This document shows positions 9,600-18,197 of a stretch of DNA of 64,000 bases, piece after piece. Below the pieces are notes generated by a model. It made no database searches, was not told where the DNA came from, and saw only the letters and a program-made list of their open reading frames with translations. Numbering within the stretch: the stretch's first letter is position 1; each line of letters opens with the position of its first letter. Made by a program: the position numbers and the translations under genes. Source of the stretch: an uncultured Alphaproteobacteria bacterium (GTDB lineage: Bacteria; Pseudomonadota; Alphaproteobacteria; HIMB59; GCA-002718135); assembly GCA_902582755.1 (NCBI GenBank), contig CACHSZ010000001.1, positions 113,774-177,773 of the forward strand. Direction: 5' to 3'.

Positions 9600-9606
9600 T
9601 ATTTTG

Positions 9607-10704
9607 TTAGTTTAATGTTAATCCCAATTCAGTAACGACTTCTTTTACAGCTTTTATTGTATCCATCATGTCTTGTTCATCTAAATTACCAATACACCCA
9701 ATTCTAAAAGTTTCTGCCACTGTTAGTTTTCCTGGATAAATTAAAAAATCTTTTTCACTAAGAGCATTATAAAATTTCTCAAAGTTAAATTTAGGATCAT
9801 TAGGTTGTTTAAAAGTAATAATAATTGGTGCTTGCAAATTATCAGGAAGTAGTTGTTCAAATCCCAACTCTTTCATTCCATTACAAATAATTTCACAATT
9901 TTTTTTATATCTTTTACCTCTTCCCTTTACACCGCCTTGTTGTTTATGTTCCTCAATCGCTTGATTGAATGCAGCCAATACGTGTGTAGGAGGTGTAAAT
10001 CGCCATTGTTTATTTTTTTCCATTGCTTGCCATTGATCATATAAGTCTAGACTTAGTGAGTGACTATTGCCTTTTGCATTTTGAATAACTTCATTTTTAA
10101 CAAGAATGAAACCAACACCTGGCACACCTTCTAAGCATTTGTTTGATGAAGCGGCTACAGCATCAAAAGTAATTATTTTAGAACTTAAGGGTAATGCACC
10201 AAAGGCACTCATTGCATCGATGAATAACGATAAATTTTTCTCTTCAACCAATTTTGCAATGTCTTCAATAGGATTTAAAATACCCGATGTTGTTTCACAA
10301 TATACGGCAAAGACGTGTGTTAAGCTGTTGCTATCAATTAACTCTTCAATTTTATTGATGTCATGAACTTCATGTTCAGCAACTTCATATTCAATAAAAT
10401 CTCTCCCTAAATATGTGCACATTTTTTTCATTCTTTGTCCGTAAGCACCATTGATCAGAATCAGAATTTTAGAATCTTTTTGAGTAAGAGAGCTCACCAT
10501 CGACTCTACAGCAAAAGTTCCACTTCCCTGCATTGGAACACATTGATATTTATCTTCACCATCTATTAATTTAACAAGGGAATCTCTAATTGATGCATTG
10601 AGATCAATAAATTTTGTATCTCTCGAACCCCAATCATGAAGCATAGCCTCTTTTGTTGACATCGATGTCGTAAGAGGCCCAGGGGTTAATAATTTTTTAT
10701 CCAT
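9607..10704 (-). CDS. phnW: 2-aminoethylphosphonate--pyruvate transaminase
   Basis: LLTPGPLTTS, DWGSRD, QGSGTFAVE, CETTSGILNP, DAMSAFGA, SSNKCLEGVPG (PLP Lys), QWRFTPPTH, IYPGK. Confidence 0.96.
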   Translation of the reverse strand: MDKKLLTPGPLTTSMSTKEAMLHDWGSRDTKFIDLNASIRDSLVKLIDGEDKYQCVPMQGSGTFAVESMVSSLTQKDSKILILINGAYGQRMKKMCTYLGRDFIEYEVAEHEVHDINKIEELIDSNSLTHVFAVYCETTSGILNPIEDIAKLVEEKNLSLFIDAMSAFGALPLSSKIITFDAVAASSNKCLEGVPGVGFILVKNEVIQNAKGNSHSLSLDLYDQWQAMEKNKQWRFTPPTHVLAAFNQAIEEHKQQGGVKGRGKRYKKNCEIICNGMKELGFEQLLPDNLQAPIIITFKQPNDPKFNFEKFYNALSEKDFLIYPGKLTVAETFRIGCIGNLDEQDMMDTIKAVKEVVTELGLTLN

Positions 10705-10792
10705 TAAATATTTACTTAATAAATATTATTATAAATTTGATCAATCTTATTAAAGTTGGAATTGAATTTATTTTCTAATAAGTTAATTATAA

Positions 10793-11368
10793 ATGAGAAT
10801 GGAAGAAAATATTGTAGATTATCTCTTAGATCTTTTGAAAACAAAAGGTGCTGATATTCAATATGGTAATGAGGATGTGACCCAGCTTGAGCACGCACTC
10901 CAATGTGCTGAACTTGCTGAAAAACATAAATTACCAGGACCAACAATTGCTGCAGCATTACTGCATGATGTTGGCCACCTTATTTATGAGGACGGCGATC
11001 CCATTCATGAAGGGAAAGATGGTCATCATGAAAACTTAGGTGCTGATTTTTTAAAAAAATATTTTAATGAAGATGTTATTTTACCAATAAGAGCACATGT
11101 TGATTCAAAAAGATATTTATCAAGTGTTGAAGAAGGTTATTATGATAGTCTATCAGAAGCATCGAAACTTTCGTTAAAAGTTCAAGGCGGTCCTTTCACA
11201 AAAGAAGAAGCAGATGCGTTTATAAGTAAACCTTTTATGGATGAGGCAGTAGAGCTTAGAAGATTTGATGATCTAGCAAAAATTCTAGATAAAAAAACTC
11301 CCGATGTTGAACATTTTCGCCCCTATTTAGAAGAAGCAAGACAGTCTTTTTTAGCTAAACAAGCGTAA
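10793..11368 (+). CDS. phnZ: HD-domain diiron phosphonate oxygenase (PhnZ family)
   Basis: YGNEDVTQLEHALQCA, AALLHDVGH, HENLGA, HVDSKRYL, LSEASKLSLKVQGGPF, LRRFDDLAK; start may be the ATG at 10799. Confidence 0.9.
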   Translation: MRMEENIVDYLLDLLKTKGADIQYGNEDVTQLEHALQCAELAEKHKLPGPTIAAALLHDVGHLIYEDGDPIHEGKDGHHENLGADFLKKYFNEDVILPIRAHVDSKRYLSSVEEGYYDSLSEASKLSLKVQGGPFTKEEADAFISKPFMDEAVELRRFDDLAKILDKKTPDVEHFRPYLEEARQSFLAKQA

Positions 11369-11893
11369 ATGCAATTTAGCAATTATGATTTTATTGACTC
11401 TAAGTCATTTGCAGGAAAAATTATATTAACTTCTTTTCCAGGTCTTAACTCTAATGGTTTATTTGAAGAAACAATTTTAGCAAACGAATTAGAAATATTT
11501 AAAAATAATAATTGTAGTTCTATTACTTCTTTTGTTGAAGATAGCGAATTTGAAAAATTGTGTGATAAAACTTTGTTTGTCAAAAATATTTATGAACATA
11601 AATTACATTGGTACCATTTACCCATTTATGACATGGGAGCACCAGATAAAGATTTTAAATATAAATGGGAAACAACAAAAGTTTTATTAAAGAACGAATT
11701 GATAGATGGTAAAAATATAGTTTTACATTGCCGTGGAGGAAAAGGAAGAGCTGGCACTATAGCTGCGATTTTACTTGTTGAATTTAATTATGAAAAACAA
11801 GAAGCTATTGATCTAGTGAGATCAAAAAGGAAGGGAGCGATTGAATCAAAAGTGCAAGAAAATTTTATTGAAAATTACAATGTTGTTAAGTAA
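11369..11893 (+). CDS. Cys-based dual-specificity/tyrosine phosphatase (CDKN3-like)
   Basis: HLPIYDMGAPD acid loop, HCRGGKGRAG (CX5R), VRSKRKGAIESKVQ. Confidence 0.88.
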   Translation: MQFSNYDFIDSKSFAGKIILTSFPGLNSNGLFEETILANELEIFKNNNCSSITSFVEDSEFEKLCDKTLFVKNIYEHKLHWYHLPIYDMGAPDKDFKYKWETTKVLLKNELIDGKNIVLHCRGGKGRAGTIAAILLVEFNYEKQEAIDLVRSKRKGAIESKVQENFIENYNVVK

Positions 11894-11901
11894 AAAATCT
11901 T

Positions 11902-12909
11902 ATGTTTAAAATCTTCCTTGTATTTATTTTTACCATTTTATTTTTTAATTTTGCTCATGCTCAAAAAATACCTAAGCAAGAAAGAAAAGACTTTGATTAT
12001 TTTGTCTTGAAAGACCAATCTGATAAAAATATGGTCTACAATGAAAGAAATGTACCCAAAAGAAAAAATCTTTTAAAATTTCATGAGAATTATGAAGGTG
12101 AAAAAGCCGTAGAAATAAATCTTAGCTATAAAGATGTAGGTGACGAAATGGACTGGTTAAGATGGAACCAACCTGGATTCGCTCAGCGTTTTCAGATTGG
12201 AGAACCATTAAAAAAAACAACGAAAGCTGGTAAAGAAAAATGGTACAGAGTTGGAATATTTATTCCTGGAAAAACCAATACTGAGAAACACACTATATCT
12301 TTTTTTGATTTTAAAATGATTTATGGCAAAACAGAAATGTCTGTCGGTCCAGCATTTACCCTAGTTAATAATGAATTTACATTTTTTGTTAACGGGTCTC
12401 AATATATAACTTATGAAGATCGAGAGGGTGTAGAGTTATATGGCTTTGAACATTATGCAATTGTATTAGACTCTATTTATAAGGGTAAGCATAAAGGAAA
12501 GTGGATTAATATTCTTATAAATGCCAAATGGCATACCGATGGGTTTATACATATGTGGATTGATGATGAATTAAGAGTTAGTTACTACGGAGACATGATT
12601 GCTGGTGCTGATAGGATTAGATTTAAGTTTGGACCTTACAGACATCATATGACGCAAGCAACAGATGCTGGTTTAAACATTGAAGACATAAAAATATATT
12701 ACTCAAATGTAGGAAAGTCAGATAAATGTGAAAACTTATGGAGTGGCTGTGATTATTTAACAGACCAAATAATTAAAAAGTCTCAACTAAATGGAGTCCG
12801 TGATGTTAATCTAACTCAGATAGACAAAGGGGATAATAATCAAATAAAACCAGAAAATGTTTTTTTTAAATTCGAAATTAATCCTCAAGACCCACTTCCA
12901 TCAATGTAA
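11902..12909 (+). CDS. Secreted protein, polysaccharide lyase / heparin lyase I-like beta-jelly-roll (tentative)
   Basis: Signal peptide ending AHA; WYRVGIFIP, GKWINILINAKW, GFIHMWIDD and FKFGPYR resemble Polysacc_lyase family motifs. Confidence 0.55.
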   Translation: MFKIFLVFIFTILFFNFAHAQKIPKQERKDFDYFVLKDQSDKNMVYNERNVPKRKNLLKFHENYEGEKAVEINLSYKDVGDEMDWLRWNQPGFAQRFQIGEPLKKTTKAGKEKWYRVGIFIPGKTNTEKHTISFFDFKMIYGKTEMSVGPAFTLVNNEFTFFVNGSQYITYEDREGVELYGFEHYAIVLDSIYKGKHKGKWINILINAKWHTDGFIHMWIDDELRVSYYGDMIAGADRIRFKFGPYRHHMTQATDAGLNIEDIKIYYSNVGKSDKCENLWSGCDYLTDQIIKKSQLNGVRDVNLTQIDKGDNNQIKPENVFFKFEINPQDPLPSM

Positions 12910-12911
12910 GG

Positions 12912-13964
12912 TCAAAAAGAAACAGTTAAATTAAAAATATTTTCTAAAATAAATAAAACAATTAAAGAAATTAATGCTGCAATTATAGGTAGTGTCATCC
13001 AACCCAAAGAAATTCGTCCTGCAATTGACCATTGAACCTCTTTTCCTCCTTTTAAAAGACCAATTCCAATTACGCCACCAACAACAGCTTGGGAACTTGA
13101 TACTGGTACCAAAGGTATAGAGGGAAGATTTATAGATTGTAAAAAAGCACTTATACCCTGGGATGCAAATAAAAATAAAACAATAGAATGCGATATAACA
13201 ACAATAAATGCTGCCACTGGTGTCATTTTTAAGAGATCATTACCCACGGTAAACATAACTCTTTTCGAGTAAGTAAAAACACCAACAGCTATTGCTAAAC
13301 CACCCAGCAGAAATAATTGTTCTTTGGAAGAAAAGACAAATAAATTTCCAATAGTAACATCAGTAAACGGTGATATAGGTACGAAGACACCCATTACATT
13401 AGCAATATTGTTTGCGCCTAAACTATAAGCACCAAAAGCACCCGCTAAAAGTAAAGCTGTTCTTGTATACGCATCAAGTCTGAGAATATGTAACTTTCTA
13501 TTGAGTATAACTCTTTTTGTAAAAGTAAATAAACCCATTGCAATAACTCCTGCAATGATAGGGCAGAGTATCCATGTTCCTAAAATAGTAATTAAAACTT
13601 GAAGATTAGTTGAAGATCCCGTGTATAAATTCCAACCAACAATTGCTCCAACGATCGCTTGCGTTGTAGAAACAGGCAAGCCAACTTTGGTCATTAAATA
13701 AACGGATATGCCTGCAGCCACACATGCTGCAAAGGCACCAGGTAATGCATTAATAGCACCTAACTTACCTAAAGTTTCTGTTGTTCCTGCTCCACTAATA
13801 ATTGCACCTAGAATAACAAAGACACTACAAATAATTGCTGCACTTGTGAAACTAACCATTCGTGTTCCAACAGCAGTTCCAAAAACATTTGCTGCATCAT
13901 TGGCGCCAAGTGACCAACCTAAAAAAAGACCACCAAATAAAAAAATTAGAATTGTAATTTCCAT
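12912..13964 (-). CDS. pit: Inorganic phosphate transporter, PiT family
   Basis: GANDAANVFGTAVG, GLPVSTTQAIVG, GANNIAN, PVSSSQAVVGG; multi-TM. Confidence 0.92.
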   Translation of the reverse strand: MEITILIFLFGGLFLGWSLGANDAANVFGTAVGTRMVSFTSAAIICSVFVILGAIISGAGTTETLGKLGAINALPGAFAACVAAGISVYLMTKVGLPVSTTQAIVGAIVGWNLYTGSSTNLQVLITILGTWILCPIIAGVIAMGLFTFTKRVILNRKLHILRLDAYTRTALLLAGAFGAYSLGANNIANVMGVFVPISPFTDVTIGNLFVFSSKEQLFLLGGLAIAVGVFTYSKRVMFTVGNDLLKMTPVAAFIVVISHSIVLFLFASQGISAFLQSINLPSIPLVPVSSSQAVVGGVIGIGLLKGGKEVQWSIAGRISLGWMTLPIIAALISLIVLFILENIFNLTVSF

Positions 13965-13970
13965 TGAAAA

Positions 13971-14633
13971 TTAAACGGAGCGTTTAATAGCGTAAATTTG
14001 AACCTCGTCAGCTATGTCTTCTGCTTGATCACAAATACGATCAATCTTCTCTACAAAATATCGAAGATGCATTTTTTGATCTAGAGGTAATTCAGAATCA
14101 AAAATTCTTCTTGCAAGTGCACTAAATTTTATATCAGATTCTTTTTCATAAAATGTAACTTTATGTGCATTATCTCTAACAGATTTAATATCTCTAAAAA
14201 ATGATCTTACAGTTAAACATAATGATTCAACACAATTTACAACAGTCTCTGTTAACTCAATTAAATCTTGGTGAAACTCTTTTGGAAAATTAGGTTTTTG
14301 AATAGAGAAGTGATAACAATTCCCTTGGTACATTCCAATTAATTCGTCGATGTGTTCTAGAAGTCGTAGCACATCACTTCTTGCATCTGGGATTAGTGTT
14401 TCTTCATAAAGAGTATGCTCAACATCTTTCGTAATTTTGTCGGCCTTACTTTCCATTTCTTTTACTTTTTCAACCATTTCCTCAAATTTACCATTGGCGG
14501 AATGATTGAGATAAGTTGGAACTATCGATTTAAATACTAAGCCCACTTCAGAGACAATATCAACAAACTCATCAATTTCTCTTTCAAGCTTTTTGGTATC
14601 ACCAAATAATGATGCACTTTTTAATCCAAACAT
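13971..14633 (-). CDS. DUF47 / PhoU-like Pit accessory protein
   Basis: ESKADKI and EKESD repeats, C-terminal DQAEDIAD; directly upstream of pit. Confidence 0.88.
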   Translation of the reverse strand: MFGLKSASLFGDTKKLEREIDEFVDIVSEVGLVFKSIVPTYLNHSANGKFEEMVEKVKEMESKADKITKDVEHTLYEETLIPDARSDVLRLLEHIDELIGMYQGNCYHFSIQKPNFPKEFHQDLIELTETVVNCVESLCLTVRSFFRDIKSVRDNAHKVTFYEKESDIKFSALARRIFDSELPLDQKMHLRYFVEKIDRICDQAEDIADEVQIYAIKRSV

Positions 14634-14672
14634 GACGTGCTTATAGAACTTTTCAAAAAAAAAGAAAGAAAT

Positions 14673-14701
14673 GTTAAATTTTTGTTACAATTTGATTAAT
14701 A
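14673..14701 (-). promoter_or_regulatory. Pho box array (3 units) upstream of DUF47-pit
   Basis: Minus strand TATTAAT-CAAA-TTGTAAC-AAAA-ATTTAAC; shares an identical 19-mer (AATTGTAACAAAAATTTAA) with the box upstream of phoB. Confidence 0.75.
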
Positions 14702-14756
14702 TCTTTATCTTTAAGTAAAGTGTAATATTCGCAATCTATAGAATTTAGGAGAAGAT

Positions 14757-14984
14757 ATGACAGATTTATCAATTAATAGAATTAAGTGGTTTAGCACCGC
14801 GTTAATTTTATCAGGAATATTATTAACCAATTTAAATGCGTATCCAATTAACATAATTATTCACGGTACAGGTGCTGTTGGTTGGTCAATTGTTGGTTAT
14901 ATGACAAAAGATAGAGCTCTGCTCACAAACTTTGGTTTACAACTCCCACTATTTATTTTTGGATATATTTATTTGCTTTCATGA
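14757..14984 (+). CDS. Small membrane protein (DUF6552-like)
   Basis: 75 aa, about 3 hydrophobic segments, KW.ST...YP.N...GW......DRAL..N pattern; AGGAG RBS; overlaps arsC by 4 bp. Confidence 0.65.
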   Translation: MTDLSINRIKWFSTALILSGILLTNLNAYPINIIIHGTGAVGWSIVGYMTKDRALLTNFGLQLPLFIFGYIYLLS

Positions 14985-15400
14985 AAAATAAAAATATTCT
15001 TTTTATGTGTGTTGCTAATTCAGCAAGAAGTCAAATGGCTGAAGGAATTGCAAAAAAATTATATCCTAATTGTATTATTCAAAGTGCAGGATCAGTGCCC
15101 AAAGAAGTCAATCCCAATGCTATCGAGGTTATGGGTGAAATCGATATTGATATATCAAAACATTATTCAAAAGATTTTGAAAGTTTAGACAAAAAATTTA
15201 GAGATGAATTAAATACCGTTTTTACGCTTTGTAAAGAAGAGGTATGTCCAGTTTTAAATTCCAAAGCTCAGATATTTTCAATACCATTTGATGATCCAGC
15301 ATCAGATCATTTTAGTTCAAACCAATTAGATAAATTTAGAGAAGTAAGAGACTCAATTTTTATTAAATTGAAAGAACTAAAAAATTTATTTGAAAACTAA
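14981..15400 (+). CDS. arsC: Thioredoxin-type arsenate reductase (LMW-PTP fold)
   Basis: ILFMCVANSARSQMAEG, SAGS, TLC....CP resolving cysteines, FDDPA, FREVRD. Confidence 0.88.
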   Translation: MKNKNILFMCVANSARSQMAEGIAKKLYPNCIIQSAGSVPKEVNPNAIEVMGEIDIDISKHYSKDFESLDKKFRDELNTVFTLCKEEVCPVLNSKAQIFSIPFDDPASDHFSSNQLDKFREVRDSIFIKLKELKNLFEN

Positions 15401-15482
15401 TAAATTTAAATATTAGTTTAATTTATAAAAATTTAATATTCTATTAATACGTCTGTAAAAAATAAAATTTAAATACTTTTTA

Positions 15483-15531
15483 CCACTCACAGTATTATTT
15501 CTTCCTGCTTATGTCCAATTATTGTGAGTGG
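15483..15531. repeat. Inverted repeat (12-bp stem with one wobble, about 25-nt loop) between convergent arsC and ppk1
   Basis: CCACTCACAGTA ... TATTGTGAGTGG; GC-richer than the surrounding intergenic DNA. Confidence 0.6.
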
Positions 15532-15540
15532 GATTAAATT

Positions 15541-17646
15541 CTATTTTCCAATTTTTAAATTAGACTTAGCTCTAGATTTGAGTTTTGCTGAACCCCTCCC
15601 AGACAAGCTTGGATTTTTGATAAAAAAATTGTGAGAGGAAAATTTTTTCTCTTTGCTTGATATTTCTTTTTTCTGATAATTGCCATTACTTAACATTTGC
15701 CAAGAATTTGTATTATCTGTCATACTGGCAATTAAGATCTGATTTAATATTTGTTCATGTACAGTTTCATTTTCAATAGGAATAAATGTTTCAACCCGCC
15801 TATCTAGATTTCTTTGCATTAAATCGGCAGAAGAAATAAACAAGATATTTTTTCTATGAGGGAATTTATGACCGTTATAAAAACAATATATTCTCGTATG
15901 TTCTAAAAAACGACCAATTATACTTTTAACAACTATATTTTCCGATAGATTTTCTTTACCAGGTATTAGAGAGCAAATTCCTCTTATTAACAATTCAATT
16001 TTTACATTTTTTTGAGATGCTTTATAAAATTCATCAATAATTTGTTTATCAACAAGAGAATTACACTTACAAACTATTCCAGATGGTTTATTTTTTCCAG
16101 CATTTGTAATTTCATTTCTAATTAGTTCATTTAATTTGTTTCTTGCAGTTATTGGAGAATATACTATTTTTTTTATTGTGGTTGGTTCTGAATAACTAGT
16201 TAAATAATTAAACATTTTTGCAGCATCATTTGTTAATGTTTTGTCACAGGTGAAGTAAGATAAATCCATATAAACTCTTGCATTTCTCGGGTGATAATTA
16301 CCTGTTCCATAATGTGCGTAATTTACAACAGAATTCATTTGCTTCCTTGTTACAAGTGTAATTTTTGCATGAGTTTTCATATCAATATTGCCAAAAACAA
16401 CTTGCGCTCCAGCTAATTCTAATTCTTTTGCCCATTTTAAGTTACGCTCTTCATCAAAACGTGCTTGCAACTCTATAATGACAGTTACTAATTTTCCTTT
16501 TTGTGCTGCTCTAACTAAACTTGCTTCTATTGGTGAGTCATCAGTAGTTCGATATAAAGTATGTTTTATTGATAAGACTTTTGGATCATCTGCAGCTTGA
16601 TCAATAAACTGAGTCACTACTTCAAAAGATTCAAAAGGGTGATGAATAACAATATCTTTATTTGCTATAGCTTTAAAATAATCATTTTTAAAATCTTTAA
16701 TTCTTTCAGGAAACCGTACCTTAAATTTTGGAAAAAATAATTTTTTAAAATCTTTCAAGAAAATTGACTCTACACTCGAAAGATTAACGGGTATTGGCAG
16801 TTTATATGTATTTACATCCTTATAGTTAAGTTTTTTATTTATGAATTTAATTAAGTGACTAGATATACTTTCATCAAAATCAATTCTTATTACCTCTTGT
16901 CTTCTTCTCTCAAAAATAGCTTTTTGAAATACTAAAAATAAATCTTCTCCTTCACCTCCTAATTCTAATTCACTATTCCTAATTGGTCTAAAAACACCTT
17001 TATCCAAAACCCTATCACACTGGAAAATTTCTTTTAAAGAAATAAGTAGGGCTGTCTCCATAGATACAAAACGTGTTTTTTTACCAGGTAATTTAATAAA
17101 TTTTTCTAATCCCTCTGGCACTCTCAGTATTCCATAAAAAGTTTTTTTATTATTTATTAAACGACATACTAAGGTTGTTTCTTTATTTGGTATAAAAGGA
17201 AATGGGTGAGATGGATCAATAATAATTGGCGTTAAAACCCCCCAATTATTTTCTTCTAAATAATTTTTAATAAATGTTTTATCTTTTGTTTTCAGTGTTT
17301 TTTCTACATCTATATGGATTTTGTTTTCTGAAAGCTCTCTTAGTAAATCTATCCATATTGATTTTATATTTGAAATCATCTTCGATGTTTCTTTATCTAT
17401 CAGCTTGAGTTGTTGTTGTGGTGTTAATCCATCAAAACTTTTATTTCGTGAAAATTTTTGAACATTCAATCCTGCTACTCTAACCATAAAAAATTCATCT
17501 AAATTAGAGAATGCTATTGATAAAAATCTAACCCTTTCTAAAAGTGGAATTTTACTATCAGATGTCTGACTTAAGACTCTTTCATTGAATTTTAGCCAAG
17601 ACAATTCCCTGTTTGCATAGTTATAAGCAGTATTTTTTTTTAACAT
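15541..17646 (-). CDS. ppk1: Polyphosphate kinase 1
   Basis: NRELSWLKFNERVL, SNLDEFFMVRVAGL, DPSHPFPFIPN, HHPFESF, ARFDEERN, KTHAK, GTGNYH, RFLEH, SADLMQRNLDRRVE. Confidence 0.96.
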   Translation of the reverse strand: MLKKNTAYNYANRELSWLKFNERVLSQTSDSKIPLLERVRFLSIAFSNLDEFFMVRVAGLNVQKFSRNKSFDGLTPQQQLKLIDKETSKMISNIKSIWIDLLRELSENKIHIDVEKTLKTKDKTFIKNYLEENNWGVLTPIIIDPSHPFPFIPNKETTLVCRLINNKKTFYGILRVPEGLEKFIKLPGKKTRFVSMETALLISLKEIFQCDRVLDKGVFRPIRNSELELGGEGEDLFLVFQKAIFERRRQEVIRIDFDESISSHLIKFINKKLNYKDVNTYKLPIPVNLSSVESIFLKDFKKLFFPKFKVRFPERIKDFKNDYFKAIANKDIVIHHPFESFEVVTQFIDQAADDPKVLSIKHTLYRTTDDSPIEASLVRAAQKGKLVTVIIELQARFDEERNLKWAKELELAGAQVVFGNIDMKTHAKITLVTRKQMNSVVNYAHYGTGNYHPRNARVYMDLSYFTCDKTLTNDAAKMFNYLTSYSEPTTIKKIVYSPITARNKLNELIRNEITNAGKNKPSGIVCKCNSLVDKQIIDEFYKASQKNVKIELLIRGICSLIPGKENLSENIVVKSIIGRFLEHTRIYCFYNGHKFPHRKNILFISSADLMQRNLDRRVETFIPIENETVHEQILNQILIASMTDNTNSWQMLSNGNYQKKEISSKEKKFSSHNFFIKNPSLSGRGSAKLKSRAKSNLKIGK

Positions 17647-17706
17647 AATTTTTTTTTATATTTTTTAGGTATAAAAAAAACATGTTCATAAAAAATTCAT
17701 ATTTCT

Positions 17707-18165
17707 TTAATAATTTTTATTTTTTGGTTTTAAAATTTTATCAATAATCCAGTTATTTTTAAAGGATATTATAGCAAAAGCACAGGTTGGAAAATGTTTA
17801 ATATTTGAATTACATAAAATATTAATTGAATCTATCAAACTAGGGTTGTGTCCAATGATAAGAGTATTTTTTTTTAATTTTTTAATTTTGCTTACAAGTA
17901 TATTTGGTGGGCATTCATAAATATCGTTATCAATTGTAAATTTTACTGAGCGATCAAATGAATTAGAAATTATATCATATGTGCTAGTTGTTCTTTTAGA
18001 AGGAGAACATATTATCTGACCAATTTGAAATTTTCTTTTATCTAATATTTTAGAAAATTGTTTTGCGTTTCTCACACCTCTTTTATTCAGTGGCCTATCA
18101 ATGTCATCAAGTTCTAAATTATCCCAACTAGATTTGGCGTGACGTAATAAATAGACTTGTAGCAT
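17707..18165 (-). CDS. sixA: Phosphohistidine phosphatase SixA family
   Basis: LLRHAKS, DRPLNKRG, CSPSKRT, IGHNP. Confidence 0.88.
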   Translation of the reverse strand: MLQVYLLRHAKSSWDNLELDDIDRPLNKRGVRNAKQFSKILDKRKFQIGQIICSPSKRTTSTYDIISNSFDRSVKFTIDNDIYECPPNILVSKIKKLKKNTLIIGHNPSLIDSINILCNSNIKHFPTCAFAIISFKNNWIIDKILKPKNKNY

Positions 18166-18197
18166 TCGAGTTTAATACTTTAGATGTATACATTTCC

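Noticed and set aside
10705-10792. Pho box in the phnW/phnZ divergent spacer (also sought upstream of plcP, 21581-21666)
   Set aside because: Only degenerate AT-rich matches, without convincing 11-bp periodicity.
15495-15520. SRP (4.5S) RNA, suggested by GCAGGAAG on the minus strand
   Set aside because: It lacks the conserved CAGG...GGAA...AGCAG domain IV arrangement and is too short.
17683-17700. Possible Pho box TGTTCAT-AAAA-AATTCAT between sixA and ppk1
   Set aside because: Only two weak units, on the strand opposite to ppk1; could be chance in AT-rich DNA.
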